Shown here: positions 32,600 through 45,782 of the stretch, in pieces
Layout of the letters: the number at the start of each line of letters is the position of its first letter
Position numbering within the stretch: position 1 is the first letter of the stretch
From: Selaginella moellendorffii
Lineage: Eukaryota; Plantae; Lycopodiophyta
DNA: 64,000 nucleotides
Assembly (NCBI RefSeq): GCF_000143415.4
Contig: NW_003314280.1
Coordinates: 2,091,549-2,155,548, forward strand
Reading direction: 5' to 3'
Made by a program: the position numbers and the translations under genes
Notes under the pieces: generated by a model
Databases searched by the model: none
What the model saw: the letters and a program-made list of their open reading frames with translations, nothing else
What the model was told of the DNA's origin: nothing

Positions 32600-34354
32600 A
32601 TGAGCGCTGCTAGGGTTTGCGTTCCAGGTACCGGCGGATGCAGCGGCACTGCCAACATCGCCAGGGGAGGCCGCGGATCAGCGCTGCTGCTGGGCGACGC
32701 CTCTCTTCGGTTCAGGTGGGAGGCTTGGCGCCAGGATTTGAGGGTAGGCCACGGGCGCTCCATCACAGCTGTGGTAGAATGCGTCGCCTCCGATGCGTCG
32801 AGCGTCGAGGTGAAGGATTCCGGAAATGTGGACGTGGAGGAGGCTAAGGAAGATCCGGCAGACGATGCGGAGGCTAAGGATTCGCTCGACAGTGCTGCCG
32901 AGAGCGATGAAGAGAAGGATTCGTCCGAGAAAGAAGGGAAGGGGTCTTCTACTTACTGGCAGAACTTTCAAGCCATTCGTGCTCGGGTAAGGATTTTCTA
33001 TGGTTCTACGCTCATTCTTTTTGACTGATCGATTGTGTTGCAGAGGCTGCAAGACTGGAAAAGAGCTGAGAGCTTCCAAAAGAAAGGAGGGATTTTCCAA
33101 GCTAAGATAGAGTCCTTCAATCAAGGTGGCGTGGTGCTTCGTTTCTACAGTTTACGTGGTTTCTTGCCTTACTCTCAGCTGAGTTTAGCTCGGCTACCCC
33201 GAGGTAAGAGAAGAAGAGCTTCCTTCGTTTTCACTTGGATTTTCCTTGCAGACACGTCCAAGACTGTTATGGATGTGGGGAAAGAACTTATCGGAAAGTC
33301 TGTCCCTGTCTTGGTAAGTCCTTTCGTTTCTGATGCTCGTGACAACTTAAAGCAATTCGCAGGTCATTGAAGCTGACAGAAAAAAGAGAAAGTTGGTGTT
33401 TTCCGAGAGGAAAGCTCTCTGGTCGCAGTTTGGCTCGAAGATTCAGATAGGAAACGTACTGGATGGCCAAGTTACCGGCATAGTTGATTATGGAGCCTTT
33501 GTGGACATTCGCTACGCAGATGGTTTGTTCTCTCGCGTTTCCTTTGGATGTTTGTTCTTACGGTTGGAGGGACAGGAACATACCCTGCGGTGGGCTTGGT
33601 TCATGTGAAGGAAATCTCCTGGGATACTGTAACTAATCCGCGAGACGTACTATCAGTCGGCCAAGACGTGAAAGTAAAAGTGACCGGGATTGACGAGTAA
33701 GTCAAATCGGATCATTTCTCTCAAGCTCGTTTTCCTTTTTATTTCCAGAGAAAGCATGAGGTTAGCGTTGTCTATAAGGCAACTGGAACCTGACCCACTC
33801 ATGGAGACTCTGGATACATTGATGCCAAAGGTAGTGACTTTCAGCACACAGTTTTCCAATTCCTGCAACACTCTAAGCACAGGATTCTTCAACGGAACCT
33901 GGCTCAAGCGACTCAGACGAGCAGCTGTTAAACTCACCTCTACCTGGGATTGACAAGATCTGTGAGGAGCTGGAGAAGGAAAGCGGGTATGTATGCATTT
34001 GAAGTTCTCTCTTCTCACGACCAATATGATCACACGAACAGAGTAACTGCAGTGACTCTGGGTAGGCAAAAGCTCGAGAAGCACGTCGTGTCGCAAGATT
34101 TGGAACTCTGGCTTTCACAGGTAGGAGTATCGCTTAAGTAGCTCGAATCTAAACATCGCAAATTCCATAGGGTCCGGTTGAAGACGGGCATATCACCCTC
34201 TTAGCACGCGCAGGCCGACAGGTTAAACCACACGGAAATCCAAAAGATCTAGCTGACATTCTCATTGCAGGTTCAAGAAGTTCACGTAACAACATCACTG
34301 GGAAGAGATGAAATGAAAGTTGCCGTGAAACGAGTCACGCAAAAGATCCCGTGA
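32600..34354 (+). CDS. SRRP1: Plastid S1-domain RNA-binding protein, SRRP1 (At3g23700)-like
   Basis: Transit peptide; DWKRA..FNQGGVVLRFYSLRGFLPYSQL, VDYGAFVDIR, GLVHVKEISWD, LSIRQLEPDPLMETLD, VVSQDLELWLS, LLARAGRQVQE. Confidence 0.85.
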
Positions 34355-34398
34355 GTTGTACAAAACGCTTGTACATGAAGCTTTCCGGTTTGAGCTCA

Positions 34399-35199
34399 TC
34401 AGGTACTCCCATCCTCCTCAGGCACGGTATGGTTGCTCGTTATTCTTGTAGCATTCGCGATCGCTTCCTTTCTTCCTTTGCCAGCAGGAAATACAACACA
34501 CCGTGTTGGAATCCTCTTCTTGCCAACACTTCTGAGAATCCGCAACCTCATCAGCCTCATTCTGATCCCAGCCATAGCCAAGCACCTTGTGATCTCCCTC
34601 CGGTTGATCTTCCTGGGAAAAACCACGTATCTCTTTTCGCCAACTCCTGGAGCGTGCCTCAAGTCGACCTCAATCCCGTGCCTCACGTAGCAATTCTCGA
34701 CGACCACCCTCTTCAAACGCCTGTAGCCTTCCGAGTCCATCTTCCCTTCTAGCTCGAGTTGTTCCTCAACGAGCCTCGAGAACAAAAACCCCGGCTTGAG
34801 CCTGACGTGGTTTGGAGCCTCGTCCGAGAAGCCAACCTTGAAGGCCCTGTGCCGGAAGAAGAGCCTGCTTATGGCACAGACTGTGAACTCTCGCCGCCTT
34901 GGCATTCGGCCCATCTCCTCCAGGACGGACACCACTGCCCAAGTTTTCATCCGGCGACAGTCTGGGACTAAGCGGTTCCTGTGCTTTGCCTTTGGCATCT
35001 GTCCCTTCCCTGTCAAGTCGAGGTAGAGATCCTTGAAAGCCCACTCGAGAGCGAGCGGCTTTTCTTCCGGTGGCGGATCTCTTGTGTAGAAGAGGAGAGC
35101 TTGCTTCTTTGGATCGTGCTTGAATGCCAGCGTAAACTTTTGCCGAGCGAAGACCATCAGCTGTGGAAGGGCCTTCGCCCTCGAGTGGAGAAATCCCAT
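34399..35199 (-). CDS. Unknown basic protein (~266 aa), intronless
   Basis: Long open frame with coding-like composition filling the gap between SRRP1 and EMC5; no family recognised. Confidence 0.6.
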   Translation of the reverse strand: MGFLHSRAKALPQLMVFARQKFTLAFKHDPKKQALLFYTRDPPPEEKPLALEWAFKDLYLDLTGKGQMPKAKHRNRLVPDCRRMKTWAVVSVLEEMGRMPRRREFTVCAISRLFFRHRAFKVGFSDEAPNHVRLKPGFLFSRLVEEQLELEGKMDSEGYRRLKRVVVENCYVRHGIEVDLRHAPGVGEKRYVVFPRKINRREITRCLAMAGIRMRLMRLRILRSVGKKRIPTRCVVFPAGKGRKEAIANATRITSNHTVPEEDGST

Positions 35200-35258
35200 A
35201 CCAGCTATAAAACCTCGCAAAACGAATGGACAAAAGGTGGCAGTAGTGTTTTACCGAT

Positions 35259-35753
35259 TTAATTTACATCCAGCTTTGGTGGGAAGAGCTTCCCTCGGTG
35301 ATTGAAGATCATGAAGTCAAGGTTTTCCGGAAGCTGCAAGATCCTGCCCAAGAACAAACGTGAGAGGAGAAAAAAAAAACACGAGAAAAGATGGAGACAA
35401 ACCTGTCGTGTTTCGAGTCTGGAAGAATCTCCAGGAATGTGCCAGGAACCGAGAGCGCTGCCCAGAGGCACAGCGCCGAGCTCACCAAAACTTCGACCAA
35501 AATCTGCGAAGGCAGGCGCTTGTGATCACCAAATCGAGGAAAGACAGGAACAAAGCAAAGCACCTGGACTGAAACGCGAGAAAATTCTTCCTCCTTGATC
35601 TTGAGAGCCGCGCGATCTGCAAGTGGATGCGAGATGAAATCTGGAAGATCCAGAGAGGCGCCGCTTACACTGGATCGTGGAATGCGCCGCATGCGCGAGG
35701 AGAAGCACGCCGAGAACGCCGATCGCGAGATCTATCTTCTTGGCGATCCCCAT
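35259..35753 (-). CDS. EMC5: ER membrane complex subunit 5 / MMgT family
   Basis: GVLGVLLLAHAAHSTIQ|YRAALKIKEEEFSR..|ILVEVLVSSALCLWAALSVPGTF..|LPENLDFMIFNHRGKLFP. Confidence 0.9.
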
Positions 35754-35818
35754 ACCCTACAAGAACCCTAAAAGGCTATTCGTGGAATATACCGTTTGGG
35801 AGGTTTTGTCTAGGGTTT

Positions 35819-37936
35819 ATGGCGATGGAGCCTGCCGCCGACGAGCTAGAGCAGCGGTCGATCGAAGGTAAAGATCCCAAGAAAGGGGCGCCAGTGGAGG
35901 AGGATCAGAAGCATTTTCTGGAGATCGAGAATGTGAAGCCGGTGGTAATCGATGAGAATTCGAATCCGATGGTAGTCGATGGGAATCCGAAGCCGGTGGT
36001 AATCGAGCAAGACCAGCCGCCGCAAGATGGTAGCGCCGAGGGTGTGGAATCCTCCAGGCTCACGAGCGTTGACGATGATCGAGAGGAAGGCGAGGTGGAG
36101 GAAGATTTGGCCGAGAAAATCAGAGTAAGTGCTCCTTGTGTCCAGAAAGAAGAGAATGAGAAAGAGGAAGAAGAAGAGGAGGATGAAGGGGATGATCTGG
36201 GAGAGACCATGGAGGACAGTGAGCCTCTTTACAGCGACCATGGAAAAGAGGAGTCTTCCTCTAGTGACGACGACAATGAGGACTGGACGGCTTCTTTCGA
36301 GCAAAACTTTGGAAGCGAAAGCAAAAAAACTCAGAAGGATAGCAGTGATGATGAAGATGACAAGCCTCCGAGAACCAAGAACGAGATTTCGGTATGACAA
36401 TGTGGATTCTACCTCCTCCTTTTCATTCTTTCTTTCATTCTTCTTCTTGCAGAGCTTACCTCCGGTACCAAAAGTAGATGTCCAGCTCCAGCCTTGTCAC
36501 ACTTTAGTTCCAATCGGTACTGTCTCTTCGGTAAACTGCGGCATACTAGGCTTTTCTTTTCTATCTGTAGCTTAAACTCGATGTTCAGATAGTGGAAGCG
36601 ATGATCATCGTAGAAGGTGATGAAAATCATCAGGCACTCGATGAAGGCTCCATTCTCTGGCTGACGGATAGCCGAGCTCCCCTTGGTTTTATTGATGAAG
36701 TCTTTGGCCCCGTGAAGAAGCCCTTCTATGTGGTACGATTCAACGACGTTACAGAGGTTCCCAAAGAAGCACGAGAATCGGCGCGAGTGGCCTTCGTTCC
36801 CGATTTCGCGAGAACAGTCTTGAAGAACGAGAACCTGTTCAAGAAAGGTTACGACGCGTCTGGGGTGGACGACGAAGAGCTTTCGGACGACGAAGTGGAG
36901 TTCTCTGACGATGAGAAAGAAGCAGAGTTTAAGCGCGAGAGAGCTAAAGCAAAGAGGAAAACAAGGGAGGACTCAAGCTGCCAAGCTTTCAAGGAGAAAA
37001 AGCCACCTCGGGCTCGTAATTCCAGCAAGTTTGGCAATGGAGGACCACACAAGGTATCCGCTTCGACATCCAGGCTCTAGCTTACTTTTTCTTACGTGCA
37101 GGGATTCCAATCGCCTCGTGATAGGAAAATGAGAAGTCCCGGCGATGAGCAGGTAATCTAAATACTCAGATTCCATGACAGGAAAACTAACTGTGGTTTG
37201 CAGCGGCTCATACATGAAGCACAGATGAAACGATTCAACGATAAGCGGGTACACAAACATTTCTCGCCTTTTTTTTTCCTTCTGTAAGAAAACTGCTAAC
37301 GTTTTGTGCCAATCAGCAGGATGAAGATATAAGTTTCCAGCAGCTGGCACTCAATCAGAATCGCAGCCACCAGTACGAAGCTGGACAAATTCCTGGCGCA
37401 CGTATGAACAATCCCGTGCTGCTCGCTGATAACCGGGTAACTCACAAATTCTTTCCTTTCCAACTTCTATGTACACTCAAACTTCTTCCTTCTAGCAGAA
37501 CCAGAGCTACCAGTCTGAAAGACAGCAGCAAATCCAAAACTACGAGCACCAAAGTGGATTACTTCCGCCTCAAGTGATGGTGGGATACCATCCTTCGGTC
37601 GCCCCGCCATCATACTGGCCAGGACAACCATACCAGATGCTACCCACGCCTTATCAACACCCCGGCGTTAGCTTGCAGCAGTACGAAGCCGCGGTACCAC
37701 CACCACCACTACCACAACAACAACAGGCTCCAGGTTTCTATCCCACCGGGGGCCAGTGCTTTGGAGGATATCCAAGCCAGCACGTCGGCTATATGCCGGG
37801 GCCGGTTTGCTTTCCGGGGTTTGGATGGATGCCAAATGCCTCGCAAGTGATACCACCAGTCCCGGCAGCTCAGTTTCCACCATTGCAAGGAACAGAGTTC
37901 CTGGAAGATTTCATCCAGGAGGAGCACTCGAGCTAG
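35819..37936 (+). CDS. NAF1: H/ACA snoRNP assembly factor NAF1
   Basis: Acidic N-terminus; PPRTKNEI, LDEGSILWL..PLGFIDEVFGPVKKPFYVVRFN, KGYDASG.DEE..EVEFSDDEKEAE; Pro/Gln-rich tail. The 3' exons are uncertain. Confidence 0.88.
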
Positions 37937-38016
37937 AATTCCATCGACTGTTTTTTTCTTCCTTCTGGTAAGAGCACCTTGTAGATAATTTATCATTGTA
38001 TCATAGTTGTACAGTT

Positions 38017-40911
<2,895 letters not shown>

Positions 40912-41049
40912 AGATCTCGAGCTATGGCAAAATACCTCTGTTTAGGGGTTTAGACTTCTCGCTAAATTAAAATTTAAAAACGTCTCGCCCCAGGTTTCGA
41001 CCCCTGGACGTCACAGTACTTGGCCAGGACAAAGATGGCAATGGAATAG

Positions 41050-42129
41050 CTAGAAGTGTAGCACGGCTCCCTGGCAGTGGTAAAACGTAAGCAGCAGCGC
41101 TCTATACAACTGCCTGGAGTTCTTCAAATCGGTCACGTCCTCTCCGCCTTTGCTGGTGACGAAGAACGCATCGTTTCTAAACAACACGGCGGACGAAGAA
41201 TTGGAGCCGAGATCCAAGCTTGACAACGACGATGGCGACGAGGCAGCGAACGGGAGAAAGTAGCGCGACACGATCCCGACCTCCTTCCAACCGTGTTCTT
41301 TGTCATCGTCAAGCCTCCCCACGTACCCAGCCTGATTGATCACGTATAAGTGATCGCCAGTCGCCACGAACTCGCCCTCGCGGAGATTTCCCTCCAAACT
41401 TCTCTCGAGTTTCCACCGCCCGGTGTCGCTGCTGCTGCTGCTGCTGCCACTACTCCTGGGATCGAAAACGAGCACCCTCCTGTTCCTGCCGGCCCGCCCC
41501 TTGACGTAAAGTTTGCTCTGGAACACCGCGAAGCTCTCGATGTGGTTGAAGCCAAACGGCATCGATTCCAGCAGCGTCCACTTGTCCAGCTCGCTGTCGT
41601 AGGCCTCTGTACTTTGCTCGTTGTCGCAACCACCGGCAACGTACAAGGTCCCCTCGATGAAACCGCACGCAAAGTAGGACCTTGCGATCTTCATCCTGGA
41701 TCCGGTCGTCCATCTGCTCGTCGCCGCGTCGAAAATGGTCACTTCCGAGTGGTTTTGAAACTCTATCCCATCGTGACTGGCCGACGATCCCCCGAGGACG
41801 AACAGGCGGTGACCCTGGCTCGCACAGCCGACTCCCATCAGGTCCAAGTGTTTCTCTGCTTCCATCGGGCCTTTGATCCTGTGGCTGGCGGCCGAGTTGA
41901 AATCATAAGCGAGGAGCCGGGCGGACTTGTGCAAGCGGGAGTTCCTTGGTACAACGAGGACCAGCCAGTCGTCCACGAGGAGGTGCCTCTGGCGCAGGAG
42001 ATAAAACTGCTTGCTGCTCACGAGCTCGTTCCAAGCCTTGGAAACGCATCGGATCCTGAGAAGGGAGAACTTTGGCAGCCGAATCAAGCACTGGAGCGCT
42101 ATGTCATCTGGGAGACCGGGTATCACCAT
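41050..42129 (-). CDS. F-box/kelch-repeat protein
   Basis: IPGLPDDIALQCLIRLP...VSKAW F-box; kelch motifs LFVLGG and MKIARSYFACG..LYVAGG..EAYDSELDKW. Confidence 0.92.
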   Translation of the reverse strand: MVIPGLPDDIALQCLIRLPKFSLLRIRCVSKAWNELVSSKQFYLLRQRHLLVDDWLVLVVPRNSRLHKSARLLAYDFNSAASHRIKGPMEAEKHLDLMGVGCASQGHRLFVLGGSSASHDGIEFQNHSEVTIFDAATSRWTTGSRMKIARSYFACGFIEGTLYVAGGCDNEQSTEAYDSELDKWTLLESMPFGFNHIESFAVFQSKLYVKGRAGRNRRVLVFDPRSSGSSSSSSDTGRWKLERSLEGNLREGEFVATGDHLYVINQAGYVGRLDDDKEHGWKEVGIVSRYFLPFAASSPSSLSSLDLGSNSSSAVLFRNDAFFVTSKGGEDVTDLKNSRQLYRALLLTFYHCQGAVLHF

Positions 42130-42430
42130 GCTGTGCAAAAATGAATCATCTGCTGCCTGCCGTGAGATGAGAGGAGTGAATCTTGCTCTTCCTAACTTGC
42201 AACTTCGGAAAAGAAGAAATTTGTACCTGTCAGTCTACCTGAATTTGCTCGTCAGTGACTGGTTGGTGCAATTGCGCGTCCAGAGCCAAGGACAGCAACG
42301 GGTGGAGCTACGAAGGTCACGTTACTAGGAAGGAGCGTTGACAAACTCACTGGAACAAAAAAGTTTAGCGAAAGAAAGTTCGACGAGAAGAAAAGAGTAA
42401 AGAGAGAAAAAAGAAAGCTAAAAGCTCTTT

Positions 42431-43643
42431 TCAACTGTTTGCCTTCTTGAGCAGAGACTTCCTCCAGGCCCAGTAGTTCCGGCGCATCGAATCTGCCACT
42501 TCCAGGCGCTCACAGACTTGTCTCGCAAGTTGCTCTGGCGACAATCCCTCCGAGGGGAAGTCCAGCAGCCTGCAATCGTCAGCTGTGGGCCGATAACCAC
42601 GGCATAGCAGGTCCAGGAGAAAGTTGAGCGCGTGGACAGAGATCTTGTCCTTGGCAAGCTCTTCGATGCAGACACGGATGACCTCCGGACTTCTCACAAG
42701 AGCGCTCTTGTCGTCCTTAAACAAGCCCCCCAAGTATCTCCATGCACTTTCATTGTCCGGGGCGAACCTGATCGCGTCGCAGCAAAACTTGAGCTCGGAA
42801 TCTTTGGCAGCAACGAGACCACCTATCGCAGGACTGTTGGTGATCACAAAGAAGCGCTGTAGGGAGCACAAGGGAAACACCATAAGGGACAAGCATTGTT
42901 GTCTAGGATATATACCTGGTTCCACACAGAGTTGTTGTACACATCTTCCTGAAGCATCTGGACGAGAAACTCGAGCTCTTTCTCCCAACCTCCAAGTTTT
43001 TCCAGAACCCACTGCACATTCATACCATAAATGAATGAGAACGACTGAATCAGTATAGTACTTCTTTACCTGTCTGTGTGACCAGGCGTGATAATTCTTG
43101 CCATCTTCGCTGAGAATATTGGCCGTGAATTCCAACTCAGCGTTCATACAAGCCGGTCCGCGCTTTTCAGCTAGCCATCGCCGGTGATGCCTGCGTGATA
43201 AAAGAAGAGAAAAGGTTCGGTTAGTGCTTTTAGACGAACCAAACACATACCAGATTTGATAGTTTTTAGCATTGTCCTCTGCCATATTCTCGATGAAGTC
43301 CATTTCTTTATCCAAATCTCCTTCGATAGATTCAAGAACTAGCCTCCGAAAATGCCAAACCTGGAGAAGAAAGATCAGATCCAAGAAAATACAAGAAGGG
43401 CCTTACCGTGTAGTTCCCAGGATTCAAGGCAATGACTTCTCCAGTGAGATTCAGTGCTCGTGCCGAGCGCTCGTCTCTGGCAACCACAGCTCGAAAGTAA
43501 TCCATGACTTCCCGGAACTGGCTTGTGTAAGCGATTGGCACAACAGGATTTGGACCATCGTCCTGAGGAATAGGCTCTACATCCTTCCACTCTTCACGCT
43601 CCCTGAGCGGGATCCACACTTCCTCGTCGTCGTCACTACTCAT
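42431..43643 (-). CDS. FTA: Protein farnesyltransferase/geranylgeranyltransferase-I alpha subunit
   Basis: [28 protein letters not shown]|VWHFRR, KNYQIW|[31 protein letters not shown]. Confidence 0.95.
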
Positions 43644-43732
43644 TTGGAGCTGGAATCCATCCACCACCAACACCCAAGTCAGGCACACCCAAGCTCTCCC
43701 TCAGGAAAACTTACGTGAGTTTTACGTAGTTT

Positions 43733-44037
43733 TCACGAAATGTGCTTGGGCTGTGAGCGTGGCGCGGCGAATTTCCAAGCATCCGCGTCCAGGAGCTTCT
43801 CCTCCTTGCGAAGAGACTGGAGAAGATCCTCGAGAAGCGCTGAGTCCACACAGTGCGATGCTCTCAACGCGATATTTCCAGAAATCCAAAGACAACCCCA
43901 CCTCTCTCGGTCTCGGCCTTGCGATCCTCCTTGAGCGTCAGCTCCTCGGCAAATCGCTCGAACAGAGAATCCTCCACCACTGCCGCCGCGGAGGAAGACG
44001 AAGCTCGCGCAGGCGATCCGGTCACGCCGCTCTGCAT
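43733..44037 (-). CDS. SAMBA: SAMBA-like plant APC/C regulator (~80 aa, 2 exons)
   Basis: Exons 44037-43902 and 43839-43733 give MQSGVTGSPARASSS...EDRKAETERALLEDLLQSLRKEEKLLDADAWKFAAPRSQPKHIS. This resembles the SAMBA pattern SPA.S...RK.E...L..DL...L.KE.K.L..D.W.F..PRS. Confidence 0.78.
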
Positions 44038-44090
44038 CGCTCCATCCAAAAACCCTAGCCCTCCCTCTATTTGAAATATCAAAGCAATGA

Positions 44091-45782
44091 ATGGTACGCA
44101 ACCTCGCCAAGAACACGCACACCACGGCGGCCTTGGATCCACCAGAGATCGCTTCCTACGCATCCACTCTCCGGCAATGCAATCGCTCGCGAAATCTGGC
44201 CCTGGGAAGGACAATCCACAAGAAACTCCGAGAGCTCGGGCTGGATCGGGTCACGAATCTCAGCAATCTCCTCATCCAGATGTATGGGAGCTGCCACTGC
44301 GTCGCGGAGGCGTCCCGGGTCTTCGCCACGATCAAGGAGCCCAACGATTTCTCCTGGAACGTGATGCTCACAGCGTATGCCCGAAATGGGCATCTTGCGG
44401 AGGCGCGGCGGTGCTTCGATCGAATGCCGCGCGCGTGGAGAGGAGTCTTCACCTTCAACACCCTCATGCTGGCCTACGCGCGGAAGGGAGACCTCCGCGA
44501 GGCGAGAGATCTCTTCGATCGCATGCTCTCTCGCAACACATTCTCGTGGAACGCGATGATCTCCTCCTACGCACGCGGCGGCAATCCTCGCGAGGCGCTG
44601 GAGCTCTGGAGAGCGATGGACATCGACCCCAATAGCATCACGCTCGCCAGTGCGCTCCACGCTTGCTGCGAGCTCGCCGATCTGGACGAGGGCAGGAAGA
44701 TCCACGCGAGGATCAAACACTCGGGGCTGGAGTCCAACATCATCCTGGCCACCGCGCTCGTCAATCTCTACGGGCGATGCGGCCGCGTGATGGACGCCCA
44801 GGAGATCTTCCACTCCATGGCCGATTCACAGGACGTGGTCCTGTGGACCGCGATGCAAATGGCGCTGGCGCGCAACGGCCGATTGATCCAGGCCAGCGCC
44901 CTCTTCGATCGGATGCCGCGCCGGGACGTGGTCTCCTGGACGAACATGCTGGTGGCGCACGCCAGCGATGGCGATCTGGGCCGCGCGGCTCGTATCTTCG
45001 GGGCGATGCCCGAGAGGAGCTCCGTGACCTGGACTGCGATGATCACGGCCTACGCCCAGAACGGCCGCCCGCGCGCCGCGATCCACCTCTTCCTCGCCAT
45101 GGATTGCGAGGGCTTCCCGGCCAACAGCGTCACATTCGTCACGATCTTCGACGCTTGCTCCAGCGTCGCGGACATCGCTCTAGGCCGGAGGCTCCACGCG
45201 GAGCTCCTGGATCTGGGCGCCGGGCAGCCGCCCCAGATCGATGTCTCGCTCGGCACCGCGATCGTCAACATGTATGGCAAGTGCGGCAGTCTCTCGGAAG
45301 CGCGATCGTTCTTCGATTCCATGCCGGATCGCAATGCCTGGTCCTGGAACTCCATGCTCGCAGCGTATGCTCAGAGAGGGCAAACGCTAGCTGCCTTGGA
45401 TCTCTTCAAGCTTCTCAATCTCCACGGCCAAGATCCCGACGAGGTCTCCTTCCTCGCGCTCTTCTCTGCGTGTAGCCACGCGGGGCTCCTCCGCGATGGC
45501 CACTGCTACTTCGTGTCGATCACGCACGACTATGGGCAGCGCCTGACGATCGATCACTACGTCTGCATGATCGATCTCCTGTGCCGCGCTGGGCGGCTCG
45601 CTCACGCGGAAGAGCTCCTCCACGCCATGCCCTTCTCGCCCAGCTCCACCGCCTGGACGGCGCTGCTCAATGGGTGTGAGATGCATCGCGATGTGGAGCG
45701 AGCGCGGGGGATTCCTGGGCGAGCGCTGGGTGACGATCACGGCCCCTATGTCTTGCTCTCCAATACGATGCTCGTGTCATAG
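44091..45782 (+). CDS. PLS-class PPR protein with truncated E domain
   Basis: 563-aa intronless ORF of PPR motifs ending ACSHAGLL..HYVCMIDLLCRAG..MPFSP..PYVLLSN. Confidence 0.92.
   Translation: MVRNLAKNTHTTAALDPPEIASYASTLRQCNRSRNLALGRTIHKKLRELGLDRVTNLSNLLIQMYGSCHCVAEASRVFATIKEPNDFSWNVMLTAYARNGHLAEARRCFDRMPRAWRGVFTFNTLMLAYARKGDLREARDLFDRMLSRNTFSWNAMISSYARGGNPREALELWRAMDIDPNSITLASALHACCELADLDEGRKIHARIKHSGLESNIILATALVNLYGRCGRVMDAQEIFHSMADSQDVVLWTAMQMALARNGRLIQASALFDRMPRRDVVSWTNMLVAHASDGDLGRAARIFGAMPERSSVTWTAMITAYAQNGRPRAAIHLFLAMDCEGFPANSVTFVTIFDACSSVADIALGRRLHAELLDLGAGQPPQIDVSLGTAIVNMYGKCGSLSEARSFFDSMPDRNAWSWNSMLAAYAQRGQTLAALDLFKLLNLHGQDPDEVSFLALFSACSHAGLLRDGHCYFVSITHDYGQRLTIDHYVCMIDLLCRAGRLAHAEELLHAMPFSPSSTAWTALLNGCEMHRDVERARGIPGRALGDDHGPYVLLSNTMLVS

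Noticed and set aside
3063-35792. P1BS-like GNATATNC sites (~3063, ~26061, ~26258, ~27466, ~35785)
   Set aside because: The motif has only six fixed bases, so about this many are expected by chance; no convincing clustering.
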